DNA of 12,458 nt from the IMG/VR virus record IMGVR_UViG_2663762946_000001; one strand, 5' to 3'. Under the pieces are notes generated by a model that saw only the letters and a program-made list of their open reading frames with translations, was not told where the DNA came from and made no database searches. This stretch comes from a virus. Lineage: Duplodnaviria > Heunggongvirae > Uroviricota > Caudoviricetes. Shown one piece after another: positions 1-7,433 of this stretch (position 1 is its first letter; every line of letters starts with the position of its first letter). Position numbers and translations under genes: made by a program.

Positions 1-47
1 AACTCATGAAACTCATATGGTAAAACACCACTTGTTATTCTAAGCAT
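1..47 (-). CDS. Partial CDS (MLRITSGVLPYEFHE...), runs off the left edge
   Basis: ATG at 47-45 preceded by AAGGAGG (10 nt spacing) and a sigma-A-like promoter; frame open to the window edge. Confidence 0.6.
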   Translation of the reverse strand, partial: MLRITSGVLPYEFHE

Positions 48-63
48 AAAAAAACTACCTCCT

Positions 64-86
64 TGATTTATATTTATTATAAATCA
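64..86. repeat. Inverted repeat TGATTTATA-N5-TATAAATCA overlapping the -10 box (putative operator)
   Basis: Perfect 9-bp arms at 64-72 and 78-86. Confidence 0.5.
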
Positions 87-103
87 TTTAAAACAATAGT
101 CAA
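76..103 (-). promoter_or_regulatory. Sigma-A-type promoter TTGACT-N16-TATAAT
   Basis: Minus-strand -35 at 103-98 and -10 at 81-76, upstream of the SD and ATG at 47. Confidence 0.6.
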
Positions 104-134
104 CATATTGAAAGTTTGTATCAAAGTTTCTTAA

Positions 135-1190
135 TTATTCCTTAATGAATCCATTCAAGATTGAGTCAGTATAAATTATATTTTTTAACTCTTCTCTACT
201 TTTAACAATAGATAATAATTGTTCCTTACTTAGGCCATCTAATTTATCATAATCATAGTCTCTACTTGCTATCACAGAACCAGATTCATTCGGATTACCA
301 TTGTCACGAATGTATCTCATTGTCGTTTCAATGTTTTCATGATCCAAGAAGCGTGAGGTTTTAACAATATCTTTAGTTATAGAATAAACATATGTCCCCG
401 CTCCGACCTTAATAGAATGAGGAGTTATCTCTATCCCTGTTTCCTTGCTAAAAACATTTAGGTAATAAATAAAATTCCGTTTAGATAATTCTCCAAATAC
501 TAAATCATCTTCATTACCAGAAAATAATAACTCTTTCATTTTTCTGAAATAAACATATTGTAAGTTTTTGATATTCTTTTTCGTGCCTTTATCTATAACC
601 GTTAATTTTGCAAATTTACCGCCCCATACAGAATCATATATCTCAAATTGCGACCATTTTATTTTAAAAGTAGCACTACTTCTTATCGCAGTTACAAACA
701 TGAAATCAACTAAAGCTGCATACTTTTCTCCAATTTTAGGAGTATTTGTATTATATTCTTTATTTTTCAGCCATTCTTTGAGATGTGATAAATCCTTTTT
801 ACTCATGGGTTTAATATGATTTACATCATCGACCAAACTACTAGTAGATAAGTAATCATTACGTATCTTGTCATAATTTATTTTTCCCATAAATATATTT
901 TCCTTATTTAAGTAGTCGAAAAATGAAGACACAATACTTAAAGAAGTTTTTATTGTAGAATCTTTTATTCCTTTTTCTCTTTGTACCTTAATGTATTTTT
1001 TGAACACTATGCTGTAGTGCATACTTTTAAGATCAATTATATTTATTTTTTTTATTTCCTTATCAAACATAAGCTTAAAAAATACGGAAATACAATGCTC
1101 ATATTTCACCCTTGTTTTATCGGTTCTCCTGGATTCTAAATACTCCCTAAAAATATTTTCGAGATTTATATTTTCTATTACTCCGTCCAT
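135..1190 (-). CDS. Tyrosine recombinase/integrase-family protein, 351 aa
   Basis: N-terminal core-binding-like region (DSTIKTSLSIVSSFFDYL); catalytic-fold motifs R170 (TAIRSS), K201 (DKG), H258-S-I-K261, H284 (LDH) and Y293 (TTMRY); SD GGAGG. Confidence 0.9.
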   Translation of the reverse strand: MDGVIENINLENIFREYLESRRTDKTRVKYEHCISVFFKLMFDKEIKKINIIDLKSMHYSIVFKKYIKVQREKGIKDSTIKTSLSIVSSFFDYLNKENIFMGKINYDKIRNDYLSTSSLVDDVNHIKPMSKKDLSHLKEWLKNKEYNTNTPKIGEKYAALVDFMFVTAIRSSATFKIKWSQFEIYDSVWGGKFAKLTVIDKGTKKNIKNLQYVYFRKMKELLFSGNEDDLVFGELSKRNFIYYLNVFSKETGIEITPHSIKVGAGTYVYSITKDIVKTSRFLDHENIETTMRYIRDNGNPNESGSVIASRDYDYDKLDGLSKEQLLSIVKSREELKNIIYTDSILNGFIKE

Positions 1191-1211
1191 TTTCTTACCT
1201 CCACGAGTTAA

Positions 1212-1240
1212 AATTTAAACCATATTGTTATAAATGTCAA
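1212..1240 (-). promoter_or_regulatory. Sigma-A-type promoter of the recombinase gene, TTGACA-N17-TAAATT
   Basis: Perfect -35 at 1240-1235, 17-nt spacer, -10 at 1217-1212. Confidence 0.6.
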
Positions 1241-1448
1241 TATGTTTATTATATTTTTTTTATTTCTAACCATTTAATAGTAAAATATTTTAAAACATTC
1301 TAACCTGTATACGTTGATGTTACAACATTACGTAAAAACAAAATTGATTTCATTACATTATTTCGTATAATTTTTTATCAATTCTATAAGAAAAGACTAT
1401 AATTATATTATAAAATTAAATGTCATAAATCTTTATTGCTATAATATA

Positions 1449-2081
1449 TTATGAATGAAAGAGTAAATTTATTACTGCTGTCCTTGTTATATTTAACTTA
1501 CTTCCAATCATATTTATGGATGGATATTCATTACGCCCCATTTTTATATAATCATTAACGTCTTGTATATTGTTTTTCTTGATTATTTTTTTCGCAATTC
1601 GTACAAGTTCTTCTCCATCTGAATCTTTGTAGTATATATTAGAATTTATTATTGTATTATACTTATCATTGACCTCAAAAATAATTTTTTTCCAGGTTAT
1701 ACCATGTTTCGCTAAGGTTAAAGATGTTGGGAAGTTTTCTTTTTTCAATATTTTAGAAAATTCCAAATTATTTTTTATCTTATTTTCAAAAACCAACTTG
1801 CATATCTTGGCTTCTACTTCTTCCCAATTATATTGGATTTCTTTACGTCCTAATTTGTTTTCATTGTTTAAATAAGGTTTATACTCTAGGCCAATAAATT
1901 TAATTATTTCTCGCCAATTTAATTCCAATACTTTCATCAAATAATTAGGTGATGGAGCGATTTTTTTATCATACCTATTTTGATACTCTGTCCTGGAAGG
2001 ATTATCTTGAATTTCTAGTCTATATATCTCTTTTCTAAAAGCCTCCAACATATCTACCTTGCTTTTATACTTTTTCTTCAT
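1449..2081 (-). CDS. Putative DNA-binding protein with three helical repeats (homing-endonuclease-associated repeat-like), 210 aa
   Basis: Repeated P-[ST]-x...W/helix units (PSRTEY..APSPNYL..LNWREII; FPTSLTL..GITWKKII; YPSINMI..LNIT); basic; SD GGGAG. Family call is from memory of the motif. Confidence 0.6.
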   Translation of the reverse strand: MKKKYKSKVDMLEAFRKEIYRLEIQDNPSRTEYQNRYDKKIAPSPNYLMKVLELNWREIIKFIGLEYKPYLNNENKLGRKEIQYNWEEVEAKICKLVFENKIKNNLEFSKILKKENFPTSLTLAKHGITWKKIIFEVNDKYNTIINSNIYYKDSDGEELVRIAKKIIKKNNIQDVNDYIKMGRNEYPSINMIGSKLNITRTAVINLLFHS

Positions 2082-2226
2082 TTTTACTACACTCCCAAAT
2101 TTTATACACAGGTTAGGTATTTATTAATTGATATTTCTAGTTTAACATTTTTTGGCTGCACACTTCTTCTGTATTTTATTTATAGATTCAAACAAGATTT
2201 TCAATCTTCTTTAATTTTTATTCTAC

Positions 2227-2505
2227 TTAGTTACTTTGATTTATATTATGAACTTCTTGTAAATGCTTAGAATATTGATTATCAACAAAACCGTAATAGT
2301 CGTCATGATAAAATTCTTCACCACATAATACACATACACACACTCCTAGTCCTCTCTTAAAATATTTCTTATACCATTGAGTACAATTTTTCCCAATTGG
2401 ATTATAATGTGTGGATAGATGTCGATTGAAATTTGAAGCTCCATTGGTTACATTTATTTCCTTTTTACAGATCTTACATGTTATATAGTTCTTTGTAATA
2501 TTCAT
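2227..2505 (-). CDS. Double C2H2 (BED-like) zinc-finger protein, 92 aa
   Basis: CKIC-x15-HLSTH and CVLC-x19-HLQEVH; GASNFNRHL resembles the BED-finger GTSNLxRHL pattern. Confidence 0.75.
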   Translation of the reverse strand: MNITKNYITCKICKKEINVTNGASNFNRHLSTHYNPIGKNCTQWYKKYFKRGLGVCVCVLCGEEFYHDDYYGFVDNQYSKHLQEVHNINQSN

Positions 2506-2540
2506 TCCGTTTCTCTTCCTTTTCTATCAATATGTTCATT

Positions 2541-2870
2541 TCATATTGTAATTAACTTTTTATTTTTTACGACATACATTCCCAGAATTAATTCTTCTAT
2601 TTCTTGTCTGATAAATTCTGTATTGTCTTTACTTAATTTCTTTTCTAGTATAATCATACGGATCAATAATTCTTTTTTTGTAGTACAATCGAATTTATTT
2701 ATATTATTCATAGCTACATATTTTACATTGCCACTCCTATACATATCTTCCATATGTGATAATTCTGGATCAATATGTAAAAAGAAGTTGTCTTCTCTAA
2801 CATTGTAGTAAATAGCTGATGACTTATGGTTTTTCATATCACTAAATATCTTTTCTATTCTATTTTTCAT
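2541..2870 (-). CDS. Hypothetical protein, 109 aa
   Basis: SD AGGAGG before ATG; fits the array. Confidence 0.85.
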   Translation of the reverse strand: MKNRIEKIFSDMKNHKSSAIYYNVREDNFFLHIDPELSHMEDMYRSGNVKYVAMNNINKFDCTTKKELLIRMIILEKKLSKDNTEFIRQEIEELILGMYVVKNKKLITI

Positions 2871-2902
2871 TATGTATTCCTCCTAATTATTAATATATAT
2901 AA

Positions 2903-2963
2903 TACATATACTGGACTCGAACCAGTAATAGTAATACTTATCTATATCTACCCAGATTATGCA
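2903..2963 (-). ncRNA. tRNA-like mini-element 1 (61 nt)
   Basis: Minus strand: TGCATA / ATCT-GGGT-AGAT / ATAG-N10-CTAT / TACTGG-TTCGAGT-CCAGTA / TATGTA. Closing stem, GG-containing D-like arm, middle arm and canonical T-arm; no CCA. Confidence 0.65.
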
Positions 2964-2970
2964 ATTTTCT

Positions 2971-3423
2971 TTATAAAATTTTATTTTGCCTCTCTAATAA
3001 TTCTAATAGATGTTTGGCCTTCAATATTTCGAACTGTTCACCATTTTCTTTTGCTTGATTAATCTCGTATTTAGTAAGCGGAGATTCAGCTTCCTTGAAA
3101 TCATAGTTAGTATATATCTTAGCTCCTTCAATTTTCTTGAACCACGCCCAACACTCAAAGTCGCCAAAACCTTCAATGTCGATCTTTAGTTCTTCTATCA
3201 GCTCAGTTGAATCACAGCTAATGGTTGGCTCAACGTTGTGTTTATCATAAAAGTTTTGTAGTTTAAACGCATTCGCAATGGTCATGTTTTCTAATTCAGA
3301 AGTATTGTTTCTGTAGTTTAAAATAATATCTTGTTCTATATTAGTTTCTTTTTCAATCTCGGTTGCTGATATTGCACTATTTAATAATGATTCTATCTTA
3401 GTGAGATCAATTATTTTTTTCAT
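2971..3423 (-). CDS. Xre-like HTH N-terminal domain protein, 150 aa
   Basis: LLNSAISATEIEKETNI...NYRNNTSELENMTIANAFKL resembles Firmicute Xre-type HTH domains; acidic C-terminal domain of unknown function; SD AAAGGAG. Confidence 0.6.
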   Translation of the reverse strand: MKKIIDLTKIESLLNSAISATEIEKETNIEQDIILNYRNNTSELENMTIANAFKLQNFYDKHNVEPTISCDSTELIEELKIDIEGFGDFECWAWFKKIEGAKIYTNYDFKEAESPLTKYEINQAKENGEQFEILKAKHLLELLERQNKIL

Positions 3424-3612
3424 ATTATATCTCCTTTAATAATTTAACAGAACTAAATTAGATCTTCATTACTATATTTTACAGTACAAATACCATAATT
3501 TTAACACTTTATGAAAAATTCTTTTTTCCTCTACTCTCAAGATACTGTATTTGTGGGTATTCGGATGACGCTTTAATTTATAAAACTATCATTTTATTAA
3601 CTAAGATAATTC

Positions 3613-4278
3613 CTACTCAAGATTAATAGCAACCTCATCCTCAATATAAACAATTGGTTTATCTATCCATTTCCTAACATCAAATTCTGTTTCAACAATT
3701 TTATTTCGTGGCATTACATTAAGACTGCTAAATTTTAAAAAATCATCAGATTTATTTTGTATAAAATAGATTTGACTAATCTCTCTAGTAAGAGTGTCTC
3801 CTGAAATAACTACACCATTCATACCACGGATTAAAAAATTAAACAATAGAAATGGCAATGCTCTACTTGGTTGATTCTCAATCTTTAGTTCTTCGGCCAC
3901 ATACCAATAATTTGAAGGAAGATAAATTATTGGATTAGTGTTTTTTCGTTGCTTATCCCAATTAGCAATAGTCAAAGATCCAGTTCCTGCACAAGGATCA
4001 TAATTATTTTTTGCATCATTCCCATTATTAAGCATCTCGGAAATCAAATTAGAAATAGATGGTGGAGTAAAATATTGTTTTTTCTTTGTTCTCTCGGCCA
4101 TCTCTTCTGAATACATTTTGCTGAACCAGTCATATGACAGATCGGTTTCAAAATTCAAGAATTCTTTGAATAATTCTTCTCGTTTTTTCTTCTCCATAAG
4201 AATTTTCATTAAGTTATCGCTCGCTTGCCAAGCATCTCCAGCATCCAATAGCTGTAGAATTTCTTTTTTCTTTAACAT
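3613..4278 (-). CDS. N6-adenine DNA methyltransferase-like protein (SAM-binding part only), 221 aa
   Basis: QYFTP, motif I YDPCAGTGSL and GDTL motifs as in HsdM/N-6 methylases; no NPP(Y/F) motif IV visible. Confidence 0.8.
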   Translation of the reverse strand: MLKKKEILQLLDAGDAWQASDNLMKILMEKKKREELFKEFLNFETDLSYDWFSKMYSEEMAERTKKKQYFTPPSISNLISEMLNNGNDAKNNYDPCAGTGSLTIANWDKQRKNTNPIIYLPSNYWYVAEELKIENQPSRALPFLLFNFLIRGMNGVVISGDTLTREISQIYFIQNKSDDFLKFSSLNVMPRNKIVETEFDVRKWIDKPIVYIEDEVAINLE

Positions 4279-4290
4279 AGTATTTTCTCC

Positions 4291-4854
4291 TTACGACAAT
4301 CTAATAGGTGACTGGATAATATAAGTTTTATGATCTGGATAATTAATGTACCAAACCAATGGTTCTAATCCATTTTTGTTGAAACCAATATCGACAGATG
4401 TCCCATTCACATTAGCTTTCATAAAGGTCAATATATCAATCATAGATTTTGAGTTTAAAACAAAATCAAAGTCAAATTCATATGAAAATGGTAACTCTAC
4501 TTTTATACCACCCTCTATAATCACCTCTATGTTTTTGTTTTTCTTGCTGACGAATCTGATATACCCATTCTTTTTGATTCTAGCTAACGATATGAATAAT
4601 TCAGCATCAATTGATATAAAATTTCTTTTCTTATCTAAAATTTCTTTATTTAGTTCCATTACTTTATTATTTAATTTATCATTTTGTTCATTTCCAATTA
4701 CAGGAGCATAATTTTCAATTTTGACCATTATTATACTGTTACCAAAATACAAATTATTTTCTTTAACAAATTTGTATTTTCGACCAGGTACTTTACTACC
4801 CTTATAATTAAATAATTTCTTTTCCAGCGCTTCTATACTTTTTTCTTTCAACAT
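4291..4854 (-). CDS. Hypothetical protein, C-terminus resembling DNA polymerase III beta-clamp domain III, 187 aa
   Basis: FVLNSKSMIDIL...VDIGF...LEPLV...YIIQSPIR parallels the DnaN C-terminal pattern FN..YLLDAL...V.I.F...L.P.......LIMPVR; SD GGAGG. Confidence 0.5.
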   Translation of the reverse strand: MLKEKSIEALEKKLFNYKGSKVPGRKYKFVKENNLYFGNSIIMVKIENYAPVIGNEQNDKLNNKVMELNKEILDKKRNFISIDAELFISLARIKKNGYIRFVSKKNKNIEVIIEGGIKVELPFSYEFDFDFVLNSKSMIDILTFMKANVNGTSVDIGFNKNGLEPLVWYINYPDHKTYIIQSPIRLS

Positions 4855-4878
4855 GTTTATTTCCTCCGAATAATTTTA

Positions 4879-4995
4879 TTAATCACAATTTTCTGTAGCA
4901 TTTTTAATTAGAATCGTATCATCATTTTCATACCTAGAAACCCTATGGACTTGAATTTCTCCATCTTGATTAATTTCTATTTCAATCATGTACAT
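4879..4995 (-). CDS. Small hypothetical protein, 38 aa (MYMIEIEINQDGEIQVHRVSRYENDDTILIKNATENCD)
   Basis: Fills the gap between two genes; GGGGA SD-like sequence before ATG; below the ORF-track cutoff. Confidence 0.5.
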   Translation of the reverse strand: MYMIEIEINQDGEIQVHRVSRYENDDTILIKNATENCD

Positions 4996-5023
4996 GTTTA
5001 TTCCCCAGAATTTCTTTTCCTCT

Positions 5024-5500
5024 TTACTTTTCCTCTTTTAAAATATCATACATTCTCGACCAATTATCTGTTAAATACTCTGTGCTATAATCACCAAAAC
5101 AATCGGCATTATCATGTTGATTATCTTTAGTTGCTATCTCTACCATCTCTTTATTGGCTTGCAAAAATTCTTTTTTATGATCTAAAATATCTGCTACTGT
5201 TCCAAGTCCATAATTAATAAGTTGATTATCACCTACAAGATCCCATGCCATATCGCCAATTAATTCCTTTTCCCGTTTATCTTCAACTAGATCTTGTAAG
5301 GCATATATCTTCTCAAACATATCATTACGTACAACATACTCATCAATAGATAAGTTATTTTCATGTGCATACTTTTTAACTAAATCATAGTAGTTATCAT
5401 AACTCTCATACATATTTATAATTTCTTTTAAGAAGTCTTCTTTCGTTGGGACTGACTCAATTTCTACCCCTAATTTTTTTAATAATTCCTCACTTGTCAT
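5024..5500 (-). CDS. Hypothetical acidic protein, 158 aa
   Basis: SD AGGGGG; D/E-rich. Confidence 0.85.
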   Translation of the reverse strand: MTSEELLKKLGVEIESVPTKEDFLKEIINMYESYDNYYDLVKKYAHENNLSIDEYVVRNDMFEKIYALQDLVEDKREKELIGDMAWDLVGDNQLINYGLGTVADILDHKKEFLQANKEMVEIATKDNQHDNADCFGDYSTEYLTDNWSRMYDILKEEK

Positions 5501-5565
5501 AATAAACCCCCTGTTTTTTATGTATAGCTATAAATTGTAGATCAAAATTTCTTTTATTCGTTTAT

Positions 5566-5859
5566 TTAAAAACAATTATTATATGCGTTATTTACATTAC
5601 ATTTCTTATAATCAGTAAGAGCTTTATTCCCACTTATTAATTCTTTAAATGCTAATTCAGCTTCATGTTCATTCTTAAAATCCAATTGTAGTCTGAATGT
5701 TTCACCCTTTTTTGCTCCAAATGAATCATTCATAGTTTCTTTTGAAATCGGATAGGCTGCAAGAGTATCATTCTTTTTATGAAAAGAATAGTCTTCACTC
5801 CAATCTTCAATTCAAACTAATGTACCGTTCTTCATGTTCGCTTTTTTAGTTATTTTCAT
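5566..5859 (-). pseudogene. 97-codon gene interrupted by an in-frame TGA at codon 16 (5814-5812)
   Basis: Strong SD AGGAGG; reads MKITKKANMKNGTLV*IEDWSEDYSFHKKNDTLAAYPISKETMNDSFGAKKGETFRLQLDF...NNCF*, with the frame open after the TGA. Confidence 0.8.
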
Positions 5860-5885
5860 AATTAATTCCTCCTAAAAAATCTTTT

Positions 5886-6263
5886 TTATTTCAATTTATT
5901 ATTTATAAATTCCTCAATATCCCGTATATCGCATACCATTAATACCAATTCAGCAAAGAGATATATATTATGTTCGTTGACATCAATATTATTTCTCACT
6001 AAAAATTCTTTTACCTTTTTCATTAGTGATTTTTTATCTTCGTATTCGGGTGTTCCTGTAAAGTTTTCATAATCGTTTACACCTGAATACACTGGAGTGT
6101 CGTCAGACAGGTCTTTCAGATTATGTCTATTGAGATCAACTTTATACATCGCTTGTTCATTATTACTATTAGACATTCTTTCTTTTTGCACATACCAACA
6201 ACTAACGTTATCAAATTCAGCATAACTTCCGTTTACACCATGAATTGTTTTTTCAACTAACAT
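5886..6263 (-). CDS. Hypothetical protein, 125 aa
   Basis: SD GGAG; fits the array. Confidence 0.85.
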   Translation of the reverse strand: MLVEKTIHGVNGSYAEFDNVSCWYVQKERMSNSNNEQAMYKVDLNRHNLKDLSDDTPVYSGVNDYENFTGTPEYEDKKSLMKKVKEFLVRNNIDVNEHNIYLFAELVLMVCDIRDIEEFINNKLK

Positions 6264-6300
6264 ATATATATCTCCATTTATTTTTGATTAAAATTCTTTT

Positions 6301-6621
6301 CTACCAACCACAACTAGTTTCAACAACTGAATCATCTTCAGACAAAAAGTGACTACTGATATCCCACCTCTCACTTAAATCTCTACCCAATGACTCTGTA
6401 TCAATATAATTCATTAAATCAGGCGCCCCATTGTAATCTTTATCCAAATTGTTATCCATATACCAACCATCCGTTAGCTCGTGTTTAGTAAATTCAAAAA
6501 GATTATCATGAACATATAATTGATCTTGTTGCCATTCTCCTTCCCCAACTTCTTTTAGTAATTCTTGTGCCAAAATTTTGTCACTTTCTTCTAATTCCTT
6601 AAAATTTTCAAATATTTTCAT
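6301..6621 (-). CDS. Acidic protein with ArdA C-terminal-like motif (possible anti-restriction DNA mimic), 106 aa
   Basis: 27 D/E versus 8 K/R; PDLMNYIDTESLGRDL resembles the ArdA C-terminal L.NYIDYE..GRDL motif; SD AGGAGG. Confidence 0.55.
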   Translation of the reverse strand: MKIFENFKELEESDKILAQELLKEVGEGEWQQDQLYVHDNLFEFTKHELTDGWYMDNNLDKDYNGAPDLMNYIDTESLGRDLSERWDISSHFLSEDDSVVETSCGW

Positions 6622-6632
6622 AATTAATCCTC

Positions 6633-7178
6633 CTAATTTTCAACAACCCTAAAACCAAAACGCTGCCAGCCAAAACTATTTTGAGTTAATTCAAAAATTC
6701 TTTTTGCTTCTGCAATATCATAAAAGATTGTTGGTTTTTTATCCTCAAGGTCTATTACTTGTATTCTGCTTCTATTTTTCCTAATTGCATAGCCATCACC
6801 CATAATAGAATAGGTGGGTAAATAAATTTTTTCCTTACCTATCATTATTTGATATGCTAAGTCTGTTCTGTTTACCGTTCGCCAAATAATATCTGGAAAT
6901 TGTTTGTCTGGATGGCTTGCAATTAGATCCTCATGTAATAACATACGAACACGTTTTACAAAAACTGATGAATTAGAAAATTGTGCTGTACCCTCAAAAT
7001 AACTATCTACCCATGTAAACAATGAATTTTTAAAATCTTCTATATCCTCATATTTCTTTTCAAATTTTTCAGTTATCCTACGATTATACATATCAGTAAC
7101 ATTACTAGATGAATAACTCCCCTTTATCGTTAAATTCTTTTCACTTGCTGAAAAACTCTTAATTGTCTCATAACTCAT
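6633..7178 (-). CDS. Hypothetical protein, 181 aa
   Basis: SD AGGAGG; long ORF in the array orientation. Confidence 0.9.
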   Translation of the reverse strand: MSYETIKSFSASEKNLTIKGSYSSSNVTDMYNRRITEKFEKKYEDIEDFKNSLFTWVDSYFEGTAQFSNSSVFVKRVRMLLHEDLIASHPDKQFPDIIWRTVNRTDLAYQIMIGKEKIYLPTYSIMGDGYAIRKNRSRIQVIDLEDKKPTIFYDIAEAKRIFELTQNSFGWQRFGFRVVEN

Positions 7179-7203
7179 AATTAATTCCTCCTAAAAATTT
7201 CTT

Positions 7204-7232
7204 TTGTGTTTACTTTATTTTTTTGGTAGAAT
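7204..7232 (+). promoter_or_regulatory. Putative antisense promoter TTGTGT-N17-TAGAAT with extended TG
   Basis: -35 at 7204-7209, TG at 7224-7225, -10 at 7227-7232, pointing toward a plus-strand terminator about 70 nt downstream. Confidence 0.5.
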
Positions 7233-7238
7233 AAGTGT

Positions 7239-7326
7239 ATAAGGTAACGTACGCCTAATACGCTACCCATTGCATAAGCAATGACAAAATTCAGTGGACA
7301 CTAGATAAATTTATCTAGTGTTTTTT
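7239..7326 (+). ncRNA. Putative cis-antisense antitoxin RNA (about 88 nt)
   Basis: Lies between the antisense promoter and the terminator; convergent with and overlapping the 3' end of the 31-aa ORF; internal hairpin ATTGC-ATAA-GCAAT. Ends are estimates. Confidence 0.5.
7298..7326 (+). terminator. Rho-independent terminator (perfect 24-bp palindrome plus T6)
   Basis: ACACTAGATAAA|TTTATCTAGTGT at 7298-7321, with a T6 tract at 7321-7326 on the plus strand only. Confidence 0.7.
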
Positions 7327-7410
7327 CTTGTAAAAATGTTTTTTAATATAGTCAATAATTTTTATCACACCTAATGTGATTGTAATTATCAACGATATAT
7401 TATTTAACAT
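7315..7410 (-). CDS. Type I toxin-like hydrophobic peptide, 31 aa (MLNNISLIITITLGVIKIIDYIKKHFYKKKH)
   Basis: GGAG SD 7 nt upstream; one hydrophobic helix followed by a Lys-rich tail; TAG stop inside the palindrome. Confidence 0.75.
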   Translation of the reverse strand: MLNNISLIITITLGVIKIIDYIKKHFYKKKH

Positions 7411-7433
7411 ATCAATACTCCACAAAATTTCAT
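7404..7433 (-). CDS. Upstream mini-ORF, 9 aa (MKFCGVLIC), overlapping the toxin-like start codon
   Basis: Strong SD GGAGGTGG; out of frame with the 31-aa ORF; stops 7 nt into it. Confidence 0.4.
   Translation of the reverse strand: MKFCGVLIC

Noticed and set aside
1307-1330. Imperfect inverted repeat ACGT..ATGTT-AC-AACAT..ACGT upstream of the recombinase as an att site
   Set aside because: Short, imperfect, single copy in very AT-rich DNA; cannot be distinguished from chance.
3538-3547. 10-mer CAAGATACTG shared with 7746-7755
   Set aside because: No comparable stem structure at 3538; treated as coincidence.
5812-5814. Genetic code reassignment of TGA
   Set aside because: Only one case in a well-supported gene. 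TGA serves as the stop of 2541-2870, and Trp is encoded by TGG, including in this same gene.
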